In this document: positions 24,101 through 38,223 of the stretch, piece after piece
How positions within the stretch are numbered: the stretch's first letter is position 1
Layout: every line of letters starts with the position of its first letter
Source of the DNA: Paragordius varius
Taxonomy: Eukaryota; Animalia; Nematomorpha
Reading direction: 5' to 3'
Assembly (NCBI GenBank): GCA_964247055.1
Contig: OZ176053.1
Span: forward strand, 9,548,001-9,612,000
Length of the DNA stretch: 64,000 nucleotides
Made by a program: the position numbers and the translations under genes
The notes under the pieces: model-generated
Seen by the model: the letters and a program-made list of their open reading frames with translations, nothing else
Told to the model about the DNA's origin: nothing
Databases searched by the model: none

Positions 24101-27100
24101 ATGCATTTTGACTTCTTAAAATATCTACTCAAATATTTTTATGTTAACCATGCTTTTTATTGCTCAATAATTATTCCAATTTTATTTCTACCTATACCGA
24201 TATTATATCCTGATCCAGTATATTTTTATATTCTTAATATAGGCAATTAAATGCGCCTACGGTTCTCTGGTTACAGCATTATTTCTAATTACACAAGCAT
24301 TACCTATACCTATCGCATCTCTTATACCAATATTTATTTTTCCATGTTTAGGCATTATGAATTTAAAGGATGTTTCCGCTAATTATATGAAAGTAACTAA
24401 ATATTAATATCAAGGATCCAATCACCTTATTTCTTGCCTCTCTTATCATTGCACAGGCTATTGAAAATGTAGATTTACATAGGCGAATATCGTTAAATTT
24501 GTTACTTCTTTTTGGGTCTACTTCAATATGGTTTTTATATATTTACATAATTTATTAATACTTTTATATGTTTTATTAATATATATTGATTTTCTTGAAC
24601 AACCTTACTCATTTCTTTTAAAATTGTTATGTTTTATAAATAGAAACAAGAGGATGATGCGAGATAAAAATTCAATATTTTTCTATAACTCATAAAATCA
24701 TGTCGCAATTTTAAATAATATTAATTATTTTTATTTTTGACATACAACTAAAAATACTTTTTCTTGCATAAAAATCAAAATTATTTTTCATTGTCAATAT
24801 AATTATATTTAGCACTTAATTATTTATTTTTTTGTAAAATCACTACTAAAAATAATAATTTTAAAAAATTATTACATTTTATAAAAAGAAACGTTTCGAA
24901 TTTAATAAAAATAACGCAAACTCAAGAAAAAATAGTTTATGAATCGGTCCATAGAGCATCATAGAAAAATATATGTCTTTAAATTACACCCATTGGTTCT
25001 TAAAGTCAGTAACACAACAAATCAATAATATAATTTTATGAGTCAAAAATGAATTAATTTAACTGCACATTTTATAAATAAATCACCATATTACATGTTT
25101 TAAATAACAATATTTAATAATTATATTATAAAATTTTTAATCATTTTTACCCAACATCTGAATTGACAATTATTATAAACAAAGTTAATTTGCCACACAT
25201 TTGGATAGGTTAATGTTAGGAATTCTATCGACCACCTTTTTTATCTCCATGTGGATTAATAACACGGCAGTGGCTGCTCTTATAACACCCATAGTGGCAG
25301 GAATTATGAAAGAGTTTCAAAGATTAAAACATGCCCACACTAACGGAGATTTTGGCACGAATTTGGGTGGTTTTTTTTATCTATTAAAATGTTTGAGTGT
25401 TAAATGGATTGTACTGTTGTATTAAGGAATTATTTTATGATTAATAATTTTGGAGTTATACGTCTATAATGTATTTAAGCCATAGGATATGTTTAAGTTT
25501 ATTCTGGGAGGTCGATTTAAGAACAAAGTTTTTTGACCGCTAACTTTCATTTCTTCACTTAAGTTTTTATAATTTATTGTAGTATAAATTTTGAAACATT
25601 TTCCTATTTAAAAGCTAATATAACTAATCGTTTTCAGATATAGTGTTGATACATTTTTTTATATGTGTCATAAAGAAAATGGGAAGGATCTGAGGTACAG
25701 TAACACGGAAACTAATTTGCAATATTTACTTTCTCCTACGAAAAATATGCCAGCAAAGCGCCTTTCGGTCTATTAATTTTTATCACATTACCTGAATACA
25801 TAAAAAACAGATTATAATAAAATATTTTATTCTTACAAATATTTATGTAACATATCAATAAACCGTCATGTAATAAACATATTTTACAGGCGAATCAATT
25901 TAAATTATCCCTTATAGATTGGTGAAAATATCATAGGCGTTGATTACATGCCAAATTTAATAGATAACGCAGGTCTTAATGCTGAAGAATTTTCTAATAT
26001 ATCAAATAATAAAGGTATTTTACAATTTTATTTATAATGAAGATTAATTAAATTTTATTATTTAGTTTACTTTAATTTTGTTTATTTAGCAACAAACTTA
26101 CAGAAAAACCGGTAATATATATGTATACTTAAATACTTTTTAATAGTTGTGTTAACTATCTGATGTCAAAAAATTGACAATAAAAAACTACATTATTATT
26201 TTAAATGGTAAAATTAAAAGATTTTATAATATAAGGTTTTGGAAAAGAGCAATATACTAAAAGATTTTTTTTAGATTTTTTCTTATTTTATAGCATTAAA
26301 TTAGGAAAACAATTATTAAATACTTTGTGCCAAAACTTGGCATTTGGTAAGTCCATTTTATTTCTATGTGACCATCTTTATTTTAATAATGTTTACGTAT
26401 CAATCATGGTGGACAGTAATTTAAACATAATATATAATAATAAAAGCAATACTTTTCTAAATTAATTTTAAGTTTTTGCAATTTGCTCAGTTTTTTAACA
26501 TTAAATTTATATTTTAGATCAAATATACCTCATAGCCTTTCATCACTCCATAAAGCTTTATTCATAAGCGTGGCCTATGGGGCTAATTTGGGGGGAACTG
26601 GCTCTCTTACAGGGACAGGTCCTAACCTTATAATGACTGGGATAATGACACAGTTAAATTCAACTATGATACAACAAATTTTATACTTTACAAAAATTTT
26701 AAGACTGATTTTTTATGAATACAGTTTAATCAATAACTTTTATATTTTTAGAAAGAAACAAATATTTGTCTATATATATATATATATATTATATTGAGCT
26801 TTTAGAATTTTTTTTATTAAATTTGTTATAAATAGACTTTTTGGTCCCTCAGCCGAAATTAGTTTTGCAAAATGGTTGATATATTCCTGCCCAGGAGCCA
26901 TAATAATTCTCATACTAACGTGGATAGCATTGGCTTTTATCTTTTTGGGATTTGGGTAGTTTTCAATTTTTTGATCTAATGATTGATAATTTAGCCAAAT
27001 CTCTAGATATTATTGCAACATTATTTTATTAGTTTAAGTAATTAATGAATGTGTAATTTTAATACTAAAATTAAATTAAATATATATATAGAGAATCATT

Positions 27101-30100
27101 CAATCAAATACGAGGAAGATCATCTCGCCGAATGGCAGATCCAAAACCATTTATTCGACAACAACTCAATTTGATGGGGAATGTAAAGTAAAATATGTTT
27201 TATACTATCTATTAAGACATTTCTTTTAAGGATAGTCATTTTGATCATTTCCTAAAAAATAATCACACTTTGGCGGTTCATTTGTGGTAATGCACTTTAA
27301 TATCATACGGACGCGGATATTTTGGCTTGCATTTAAACGCAATAACAAATGAATGTAAACACTTTGGAATCTTGTGACAGGGTGCTCTTAATTAAATGAT
27401 AATACCCATATTCTTTATTGTGTCAAAATGCGAATTTGATATTCTAAATCCTATTCACCGTTCCCTTTTCAAGGTTTGAGCATATATTTTGATTTGTTAG
27501 TTAATATTATCATTATAGTTCTAACATCTAGCGCTATAATTCTAAATACTTATATGAACGATCTTTCAAATACATTATTAGGCTGAACCAAGGTTTTTAT
27601 CATAAACCATTTAATAAAAAAATTCTTGCGAGTATGAAACATTTAATAACTGGCCTCTGTTGTTAGTTAGATGATCAGCATAAATCACGGGGTGGCAGTA
27701 CAATTTTGGGGGCCAATCATACATTTTATTTATATATTTAATGTTCGACAATTTTTTTCCAAACCTCTGTTACGATCATTACTTCTAAATCTCTTTTCAA
27801 AAAATCTTTACATATATTGCAGCACTAGTGGAACCCTATAATCCCCCCCCCACAAAGGGTTTTGTTAAAAAAAGCACCTATGCCCTTTTCCTATTTGTAT
27901 TAAGGCCCACTTATTAGGTTAAATCGTTTGAAATTGAGAACACCTTCCAACGAGGGTATAATGAAACCCTACTAATGAGCCAAATAATTTTAATCATTTA
28001 TTATCAATTTTTCACATATCTATAGAATATTTCTTAAATTATACAATAAAATATTATTGAGTTGGTAACGACGAGGATGTTTATGTAAATAATGTTTTAA
28101 TCGTCGTAAAATAATGTAAAAATAAAATATAATTTATTAATTATCAAATTTTTCGCCATAGGCATCATCAGGAGATTAATTAAGAAAAATATATATAATA
28201 ACATAATAAAAATTAAATTAAAAAATAAAAAATGAACAAAATCATGGTTGATATTACTTATATAGGAAAAATCACAAAAGAATCGTTAGTGGACAAAAGA
28301 AAGGAAGATCACAAAAAAACCGTTGTGATAATAACCAAATGTTTATTTTAATGCTATAAATAAAATAATAATTTAGCATAAAACAATGTGGGCACAAAAT
28401 TATTAAAATTTAAGTAATATCTACACTGTAAAATGGTTTGTGATTAAAAATTCGATAATTTTTGATAAACGATTTAGTTTCAGGGTTTATATATTTGCTC
28501 TCTTCATAGCGATTAAGTAAACCATCTTCTGCGCTCTGTATAAAGAGTGCTTCTTTTGTTATCATTGAGCTGTATTTTCTTTCTACGGCTAAAACGTCAA
28601 TTGTGTTTGAGCACTCATGGTTGTTATACACGCAATGCATAAACATGGCCGAACTTTTGCTTTTTTGATGGTCCTTATATCTTACCTTTGTATTTCGCTT
28701 CGACTGGCCTATGTAAATTGCTGCGCAATTCTTGCATTTCAACTTATATATCGTTTTTCCATTTCCACTTCAACAGAGTTTAACATTTTTACAACGTTCG
28801 ATGTTGGTTTATAAATCACTTTTATGTCAGCTTTCTTTTTTAAAATTCTCCCGAGACTTTCTGATGAGCGCTATAGAGGCAAGCAAATTTTATACGATTG
28901 TTTTTTCCGGAGGGATGAATAGTTTCGTCCGTGAGGTTTCTGTGAGAAGGATGGGCTGGCACGGAATAAAACCAACATGATTTGCCGACATGGGAGTCAG
29001 GTTTCCTTTTAGAATTTTGTTTACTGCTGTTGTAATCCATTCTTTTTGATAGCCTTGTTGTACACCCCTCCTTCACATCATACAAGGCTATAGTATCCAA
29101 TTACCTAAAACACACTTCTCTTACCCAATACAGTAAAAATGCAGATCCAAACAAATAAAATTGTACAGTATTTGCTACAACAAGGCTATCAAAAAGAATG
29201 GATAACAAAAGCGTAAACAAAATTCTAAAAAGAAACCTAGCTCCCATGTCGGCAAATCCGGATGGTTGTGTTCCATGCCAACCCATCCTTCCCACAGAAA
29301 CCTCACGGTCAACAGACGAAACTCATCCCTCCGAAAATAACAATCGTGTGAAATTTGCTTGCCTCTATAGCGCTACATCAGAAAGTCTCGGGAGAATTTT
29401 AAAAAAGAAAGATGACATAAAAGTGATTTATAAATCAACATCGAACGTTGTAAAAATGATAAACTCTAAGGAGGTGGAAATGGAAAAACGATATATAAGT
29501 TGAAAGCAAGCATTGCCCAGCAATTTACCTAGGCCAGTCGAAGCGAAACATAAATTTAAGATATAAGGACCATCAAAAAAGCAAAAGTTCGGCCATGTTT
29601 ATGCATTGCGTGGATAACAACCATGAGTGCTCAAACACAATTGACGTTTTAGCCGTAGAAAGAAAGTACAGCTCAAGAATAACAAAAGAAGCACTCTTGA
29701 GCGCAGAAGATGGTTTACTTAATCGCCGTAAATCGTTTTTCAAAAATTATCGAATTTTTAAGCACAAACCATTTTACAGTGTAGACATTACTTAAATTTA
29801 AATAATATTGTGTTAACATTGTTTAATGTTAAATCGTCATTTTATTTATAGCATTACAATTAATTTTTTTATAGCACATTTGGTTATTTTATATCACAAC
29901 GGTTTCTTTGTGATATTTCTTTCATTTGTCCATTAACGGTTCCTTTGTAATTTTTTCCTATATAAGTAATATCAACCATGGTTATGTTCATTTTTTTTAT
30001 TTTTTTGAATAATTTTTTTTATCTTATATTATATATATATGTTTTTCTTAACTAATCTCCTGATGAGGCATATGGCGAAAATTTGAGAATAAAATATTAT

Positions 30101-33100
30101 ATTAATTATATTTTAATCAAAAATCTATTTACCCACAATCATGGTAATTACGGGTAGACTGTAAATACTTTCCAAAAATATGATAAATTTGGTACTTTGT
30201 TTCAGTTGGCTTTTGATGAAGTTTGCCAGAATTTTTTTTATATTGTTACAGCGTTTCCAAGCTCGTAATTTTTTCAACTGTTTTATTATAATTATTAACT
30301 TTCTAACTGGCTTTCCATCGCTATTCTCAAATAAAAGCTAAATAAAATAAGGCGTAGGAAGATTTTGGTTTGTTCTTATTATAAAAATTTAATTTACTAA
30401 TATCTCTTTTCCCAACAAGCATGGGGTTTAAAATTTTAAAATAAGGTTATTAAAAAAGGATTATGTCATAAGTTCGAAACATCTAACGTCCCATATGCAT
30501 TTTTTATGGAAATAAATATTATAATCCTACAATATGGCGAAAAACCACATATTTATTTAAATTTATAATACCATATTTTGGGTTCATAAACAGTTTAAAC
30601 GAATTTACCTGTTTGGTCGGTTTTAAATGCATTCTTTTATGGTCGCCTGTGTCAATAATGCTGTGGTAAAACTTAATATAATATGCAATAAAATATGTTT
30701 AAATATCAAATGTAATGTTCAAATAATTTACCGGATAGCAACATGTCATTACGGTAATAATTTCCATAACCAGGTCAGACTTATCAAATATGGCCAAATT
30801 GTAAATAAAAAAGTTATATGTATTTGTAGTATGAATTGAATCGAAATTTTATTATACAGGCAGGAAGAAACGACAGTCATGATTACATTTGTCTTGCTTG
30901 TGATTGTATGGATTTTAAAAGACCCCAAATTTATGCCAGGCTGGCAATCTTGGTTCCCACCAAAGTATATATTTAAATTAATTGTTAAGATTTTTAAATG
31001 TCATTATGCATTATTAAAACAAATCTATCTTTAGAAGCCACAATTTTTAACATTTCATTTTCTATTTGTATTATCTAGCACGGTTAATGATACGACACCA
31101 GCCATATTACTATCACTTTTGTACTTTATTATACCCCGAGATTTTAGTTGTCTCAACCCATTTCTCCACAGTAAATAATTGGATTAAATTTTCTATACTC
31201 TGTATCGTTTACATATATTTTTTCTGATAAAAGTGTCCAAAATGCACAAACTAACAACATCAAAAGACGTCAGTGATCCAGAAACAACCGAGAGCTTAAA
31301 AATTGTGTTTAGGCCTATTCTCACATGGAATGATGTACAAAACAAGCTTATGTGGGATGTTATCCTTTTGTTTGGGGGTGGGATGGCGATTTCCGCTTGT
31401 TTTAGAGTATTTTATTGTTTTGTATATATTATATCAAAATTGATATTGTTTTTAATCTCGGTTATTTTAGTTAAACCTAACAAAAGTTGTAATATCCAAA
31501 GAAAAATCGGAATTATAGCTCTAAAATTTTTTATGAATGTTTTTTATGGACATCAAAAACCTATTATTTTTATCAAGACCCTGGTTATGAAAAAAACTGT
31601 TGTATGTGACAAAAAGCATGCAAAAATATTTGCGAATATTAACCCACAATAATAAAATACAATACTTTTCCTCACAAAATTTCAATAAGTTTTCATAGTT
31701 ATATGCTACCATAGATATTTATAACTTATTTTTTGCTAAAATTTGTTTTATGGCATTAAATTACACAAAAAATATATTTAGACATCCGGATTGTCAAAAT
31801 TGTTGGTTAAATGGTTTGCCGTCTTTTCCAACACCAGCCCACTCCTAATATGTATCTTGTTTACAACAATAACCTCTTTTCTTACTGAACTTATGAGTAA
31901 CATTTCTACTGCTTCCATACTTGTACCACTTATGGCAGAATTAGTAAAAAAAATTTTACATATAAATAATTCGATTCCATTTGTTATATATATGATAATT
32001 GTCCAAAACTTTTGTAACTAAATCTTTTTTCAATATCCATTTTAATCAATATTTTTTACGTGAATTTTAATTAGATAAAATGGTTTTAATTTCGTTGCAA
32101 TAAAATTTAATGCTACTTTATTTTTAAAAATCAAAAATTTACTTTAGTAATTTAAATAAATAGCATTTAGTTTAAATTATTAACCTCAAAAACGAAAAAA
32201 TATAAAAGAATTAGGATGCGCTTCTAATTAAATCATGATATTTTGTTTTTTTAGTTATGGAATGCTTCCGATATTATTGTTCCGCAACCCGTTATTAATT
32301 CCATATTTTATAACACCTGATTTTTTAATTAATAAAGTATATATATATATAGGCAGTTAGTTTGAAAATTAACCCTCATTACCTTGTGTTTCCAGTTACT
32401 CTGGCGGCATCATATTCATTCATGTTACCAATTGCCACGGGACCTAACGCCATAGTTTACAGTGCTGGTGATCTTTCATTTTGGGATATGGTAATTAAAT
32501 TTAATAATTAAAAAACTAACCCAATTATTTGTTTCCTAAATTCTTTTATCCGTTTTATTATGTGTTTTTAACATAAATCCTAAAAATATCCAGGTAATTA
32601 GTTTAATTTTTATGATTAATTCCTAGGCTTTTTGTAATTTCAAATTAATGTTTAAAATGTATATAATCGCTTTAAAAACTAACAAAAATATTTTTAGCTT
32701 TTATAGTTCAATATAATTTTTGAAATATATGTTGAGTGGAATTGGAGCTATATATATTTTGACCGTAAAAAAATTAAAGCTTTTTCGCATTAAATAACAT
32801 AATGTCAAATAGAACGTTTGGGCAGAGAACATGTATAGCATAGTATCTTCATTTAAATTTTGAATCAATAGAAATTGACACAAAAATGTACTCATCTCTT
32901 ATATTAATTTTGCGAAAAGATTTATGTTGGAAAATCCGATAAATATTGGAAAAATCTATCAAGGTCAAATACAACTTAATCTAAATTCGAGCACTCTAAT
33001 ATTATATAAGCATTAATCACTAATTTTGGAGGTTTTAAGCATCAAAGGATCCTAAAAAACGTTCATTTACTAATTTAACTAAGGCAAGTTTAATTTCAAC

Positions 33101-34312
33101 CATTTATAATAATAAAAACAAAGAAACTAAAAGAGGGACGTATCATACTTTCAGAATGTTGTTTTAAAAAAATAGTTAATTAAACATAGCTCAATATGAT
33201 TCAAAAAGTTGTATTTTGTTGGAAAAAAGTTGAATATGATTGAAAAATTGTGTTTGCATAATATAAAAAAATAACTTTTCCAAATCAGAAAAAATATGGG
33301 ATAAGATAAATGAATTCCAAACAAACGATTCAGTTCATAATTAGGCTACAACTAATAAACTGATATCGGATTGGCTGAAAAACAATCGTGGATACAAAAC
33401 CAAAATATTCCAAGAAACTATTTTATATTATTTTTTGGATATTTATACAATATTTAATTTTTAGACAAACTTTTCTGTATTTAACTAATCATCAAATTTA
33501 TAATAAAGCCATTCAGGTCTCAAAGTAAAAAAAAAATTATAAACAAGATTGGCCCTTTAGTTCACAATTTAATTTAAATTTACTATTTTCCAACTATTAA
33601 CACTCCATTTATCTTTTCACTTTTTTGGCCTTGTTTTCATTTTGGGTAGTTTTATATCGCAGAGCTCAATTTCGTAAATAAACTACAATTTTAAAAGTTA
33701 TTTTAGTTAATTATTGAACATTGAATAATGTATTAGAAAAAAAGCTTATATTTTTACAGTTGTGTGACTTTTAGGGCCTAATTATGGGCAGCTCCAAAAC
33801 ACGATGAAATTAACAGCTATTATTAAAAAATATATAAAATTTTTGCTGATAAGTGAAGCTTTTTATATTCAACCATAATATATACTGATTTGCCTGTTGC
33901 ATTAATAAAAAATTTATAGAAAAATATGGCTGCAAAAAATTTGAGATGAGGATTTTTTTAAAATTTTACAGTTTTTACAAGAAATATTTGTATTATATGC
34001 TAAAAGACTATAAAGAAAGCATATTTTTAAATTCGGTTCAATGGCTAAATACTTTTTAAGTAAATTTTCAAATTTCTCTGGGATATAAAACTACCCCAAA
34101 AGGTAATGGGGTGTTGAATATCGAATGCAGTCCTCCTAAATTTAAAAAAAACTTTAAAAATACATAAAATGAACTTTTTATGTGTGAAAAACCAAAAATG
34201 TGCGGGTTCAATAATATGTATGTGTTACACATTTTTTGGTTTTTGTACTCTACTTCTATTTTTTATTTTCTTCTTTTTTGGATGTTTTTTACATATATGG
34301 AGATAACGTTTA

Positions 34313-34362
<50 letters not shown>

Positions 34363-35285
34363 AAACCAAAATAGAGTTCAATAAACTCTTTGTTAAAAAG
34401 AAAGTAATTTGAAATAAAGCTATAATTGTATGTTGAAAGCATTTGCCATTGCGATTATGTTTAGATGTTGGTAGGAATGTACTCTACCTACCCTTGTTTT
34501 TTATTTTCTATCACATGTGTTTCCAAAATAATATATTACCTTGTACTTTATTTTTACCTATAGCTACTTACATTTTCCCGTTCAAATATATACATTTAAA
34601 GTTCATTGCACAGTTTTTTGTACGATTCTGCATGTGTTTATTTCTATAATAATAACATTTACACTCTGTTTTCAGGAGTTTAATGCTCTCTTGACATATT
34701 ATATGGCCATATTTCAAAAAATGCAAAGTTCCCTAAAGTATTGAATGCTCTTTTTTGGATAAATGGCCGATTTCTATCCAACTATACCAACATGATAGTG
34801 TTTAAACTATTTTCTAATAATTTTATACAAGAATAACTTTTATTACATACACCAAATTATATATCCAAATTTGTATTTACAACAAATTATTCAATCTTAT
34901 CAGCTTACTTAAATGCATATTAACGTTCATACGTTGAACTTTTAAGGGTCAATGATACGCGTTTTTGTATGTAATAATAGAGCAAAAAAATATTTTTTGG
35001 TTTACATATATTTGGAAGCAAAAAGGTTATTTATTAGTGTACGTGAGTTCAAAGACCATGAACCTTACATTCAGTATATTGTATAGGCCAAATTTTTTAT
35101 GAATTTATTCATATATCGATTTTTTTTCGTTCTATTAGTTATTACCAGGGTTCATCGTCAATTTCATTGGTGTCATAGTTTGCGTCGTTTCCATCAATAC
35201 ATATGCTAAATGGACCCTGGGTACTGGTACATTTCCAAATTGGGCCTCAAATTTTAAAGTTAATTCGACTTCTATGATTCAGTAG
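24101..35285 (+). CDS. SLC13: SLC13-family (Indy/NaDC/NaCT-like) Na+:dicarboxylate/citrate/sulfate cotransporter. Exons 24101-24217, 24243-24392, 24415-24530, 25209-~25398, 25918-26014, 26090-26111, 26518-26652, 26836-26955, 27092-27187, 30860-30964, 31079-31170, 31234-31406, 31782-31943, 32353-32490, 35139-35285
   Basis: Spliced translation has the family signatures AIENVDLHRRISL, FFISMWINNTA, AYGANLGGTGSLTGTGPNL, WDVILLFGGGMAI, FLTELMSNISTA, SYSFMLPIATGPNAIVY and the C-terminal FPNWA. Introns are GT-AG. The junction after exon 4 (variable loop) is approximate. Confidence 0.95.
28125..29062 (-). mobile_element. Penelope-like element 3' half (GIY-YIG plus 3' UTR), left arm of a palindrome in an SLC13 intron
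   Basis: ORF 28410-28742 reads CKNCAAIYIGQSKRNTKVRYKDH...KEALFIQ...LLNR (GIY-YIG). The arm is the reverse complement of 29176-~30110. Confidence 0.9.
28142..28175 (-). ncRNA. Minimal type I hammerhead ribozyme motif
   Basis: The minus strand reads TCTC-CTGATGA-T-GCC TAT GGC-GAAA-AATTT-GATA. Core and stem II are intact; there is one extra A and a stem I mismatch. Confidence 0.75.
29063..30110 (+). mobile_element. 5'-truncated Penelope-like element (end of RT thumb, GIY-YIG, 3' UTR), forming the spacer and right arm of the palindrome
   Basis: Frameshifted HPSFTSYKAIV...KIVQYLLQQGYQKEWI (PLE thumb-like), then FACLYSATSESLGRILKK...IKVIYK and the GIY-YIG tail (29595-29795). Confidence 0.9.
30056..30088 (+). 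ncRNA. Minimal type I hammerhead ribozyme motif
   Basis: TCTC-CTGATGA-G-GCA TAT GGC-GAA-AATT-T-GAGA. Stem I is TCTC/GAGA, the core is intact, stem III is a palindromic AATT, and stem II has one mismatch. Confidence 0.78.
33640..34100. mobile_element. Second copy of the GGGTAGTT(T)TATATCCCAGA TIR family
   Basis: TTTTGGGTAGTTTTATATCGCAGAG ... CTCTGGGATATAAAACTACCCCAAAA. Confidence 0.55.
34319..34358. repeat. (TA)n microsatellite
   Basis: Seen directly. Confidence 0.98.
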
Positions 35286-37338
35286 CCAACACAAATACAC
35301 ATTAATTTATTACTATTTCCGTTTTATATATTTATTGTATAGTTAGTTATGGCTTTAATCTATAGTTTTTATCTTTAAAACGTAAATGATACATAATTTT
35401 ACGTATGCAAATATTTTTATTGTATTTAAACACATCTACATACAACAAAGTATTATGCCGCAAACGCAAATATTTTACTAGTCATAGCTTAAAGAATATA
35501 TACAATTTCGTAGTATATTTTTAATGACCAAATAAATTATTTATTATCGCCATTATTTACTTCTAATTTTCTTTTTTACAAAAAGACACCTTATATAAAA
35601 AGATTTATCCGAATCAACTGAATTCATCTTGATATAGAAAAATTATTCACTTTGGTTTAAATTTAAAAGTAGCGTATTTTCATTGAATGGTCACTTGTTT
35701 TTACCTGTGAAGGGGTTCATCAATCGATTGGATTGATGTATTGTACTTTCTTTCTCTCATCATTTTCCCTTTGTTGTTATATGGTTAATGTATGCACATA
35801 ATTATAAATTTTTCTCAGATAAATGCATACATGTATGTAATTTTATGTTGATTGAATTTCTGATAATATTTACGTATTTAATTCTATTATGAAGGATATT
35901 TAATTAATAATTATTTTCCCTTTCAACGTATATATCCCATATTATTCCCTATTCTTTCTGTACTTTTGTACTACAATTTTATTTCATTATCAGCTTCATC
36001 ATCAGATCGTTCGTTGGATCGGAGGATCAGGTAGATTGAATTAAATTAAAATAAAATAACATTTTAGAAAATAGATATCTTTAGTAATTCAAGGTAACTT
36101 TCATTTTTTTTCTAATATAAACATAATAAATACTTCCTTATCGGATGTAAACCATAAAATTTTTTATCCATTCTAAATCTATCATTATTTGCTTATGCTG
36201 GTATATCTGATGATTTTATCAATAATATATTTAAATTATATGTTGTTTTGCTGGATGATTAATCATGATCAAATAAATACATTTATATTAAAAATTTGAT
36301 AAAAAAAATTACAGGTAAAAAAACGTATAGAAAAAGGAAGTATATACAAATGATCTGAACTTGAAATAAATTTTACGCCTATTTTTGTAAAATATATAGA
36401 ATTTTATTATAAACCTTATTGGTAATCCAACTATACGACCTACCCTTTTAATTTTTTATAATAATACAGGCTTTCAAAAATCTATTTTTTCCAAGTGCCG
36501 AGTAATTTCTGTATATTAACATGCTTGCAATGTCGAAAACTTATTTTTGAAGGTTGACTTTCAGACTTTTTATACGATTATACTTTATATTGGTTTTGTT
36601 CGGATTCGAATTATAAAACACAAACAAGTTTCCATATCACCCATTAAAATGTAAAGACTTTTTTAGCACAAACTTTTAGATGTAACCGTTAGAGTTTTAT
36701 ATTACCATATATCCCTCTGTTATAGGCGTACTTCAATAAAAAGATGTCCCATCATTTGTGAGAAAATGTGTCACCCGTGTTATAAAAACCAAAAATAATA
36801 TATTTATCAATCGTACTGAATATTCAAACATTAGATAGCTAGACAAAGTTAGGGACTTATTAAAGTGTCTTTGATATATAAATTAATAATGTACATCTTT
36901 GTTTCGATTTCTATATAATTGACAAATGTGCCAGGGAATTTAAATATGATCACCGATATTCGAATTTTAGATTTTAAGGTTAAGTAAACATCCATATTTG
37001 TCATTTTTTCTCTTATGTGGACAGTTTTGGATAAAATAAATATGGCTAAGTATTTGCTGTAAGGCCTAATTTCTCCAAGTAATTAATAATAGTCTACTAA
37101 TTCCGAGTAAAATTTAATATCACTAAACGAAAATGCTACATCATATAAAAGAAATTATGTAGTTTCTTACCAATTTGGGGACAATGGAGACTGTTACTAA
37201 TTTCCAATCCCCAAACATTCTATTAACATTTAAGTGGACCCATCGATCGCTTCGCTTATATGGCGAACAAAATTAATATTTTACTACAAAATCATCGTTG
37301 TGATTGTGGAATGTGTTTTTGTATCAAGTGCTTTAGAA

Positions 37339-37610
37339 CAGGGGTTGTTGACACATCTCTTGCCGGCTGTATTTGAAAAAATATATGGGCACATATAAAT
37401 ATTTTATTAAATAAATATAAGACTGTAAATAATTTACTAATTTTAAGAATCTTGGTCAATTTATTGCCAAAATTTGGGTAGACTTATTCCGAAAATTTGT
37501 TTATGAATAATTCTAAAATTTCATATCTTATATCTTTTAAAATTACAAGGGGGCTGCATAAATATTTTAGAGGGCTACATGCGGTTCGGGGTCCGTGTTG
37601 GCTACCTCTG
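37339..37610. mobile_element. hAT/Buster-type MITE (272 bp)
   Basis: Termini CAGGGGTTGTTGAC ... GTTGGCTACCTCTG, flanked by CTTTAGAA and CTTTATTA. Confidence 0.7.
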
Positions 37611-38223
37611 CTTTATTAAACATTATCAAACATTGTAATATTAACTAGTTTGATCTTAATATTATCGTAGTTTGAGTTATTTCTATCAGTCCATTAGCTA
37701 TGAATAATATCGAAAATATAAGCAGCCATGTGTATTAGATGCTAAGGTAGGGCTGTTCCGCTACGAAGGCGTTTATGGCGATGACTGTGCCATCTACACA
37801 GAAAAACTAGATAAACTTTTAAACATTGTTCTCAAACTTGCTATAATATAAAATAATAATGAAAAGAGAAATTTCATTTTTTTTTGAACTGTTAATTTAC
37901 CATTAACAATATAAAATTTTGAATATCCAATTATTTTGCTTAAATGAGCCTTTTTTATAAAATAATTTATAATTTTATTTTGTATCTTTATTTTAATTTT
38001 ATTTTTATCCGAAGAAGTTAGAGGAATCTAACGAAAATTTATTAATAAATTTATTATTAATTTGCTGATATTACATCATATCATTCTAAAACATACTGAT
38101 TTAGCCTAATCCATAATATATAATTTCAATTTAAGCAATTTCATATGGTTTTCATAACACATTTTAATGTTTCAATACAATTTATGGATAGAAAGTGGAA
38201 CAATACAAGATAATAAATTTATA

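Noticed and set aside
26995-27031. Possible extra SLC13 micro-exon
   Set aside because: Direct splicing from 26955 to 27092 already preserves the frame into FIRQQLNLMG, and the alternative frame hits a stop.
35900-37340. GC-richer patches that could be small exons (for example SDRWVHLNVNRMFGDWKLV on the minus strand)
   Set aside because: I could not chain them into a phase-consistent gene even allowing micro-introns. RNA-seq is needed.
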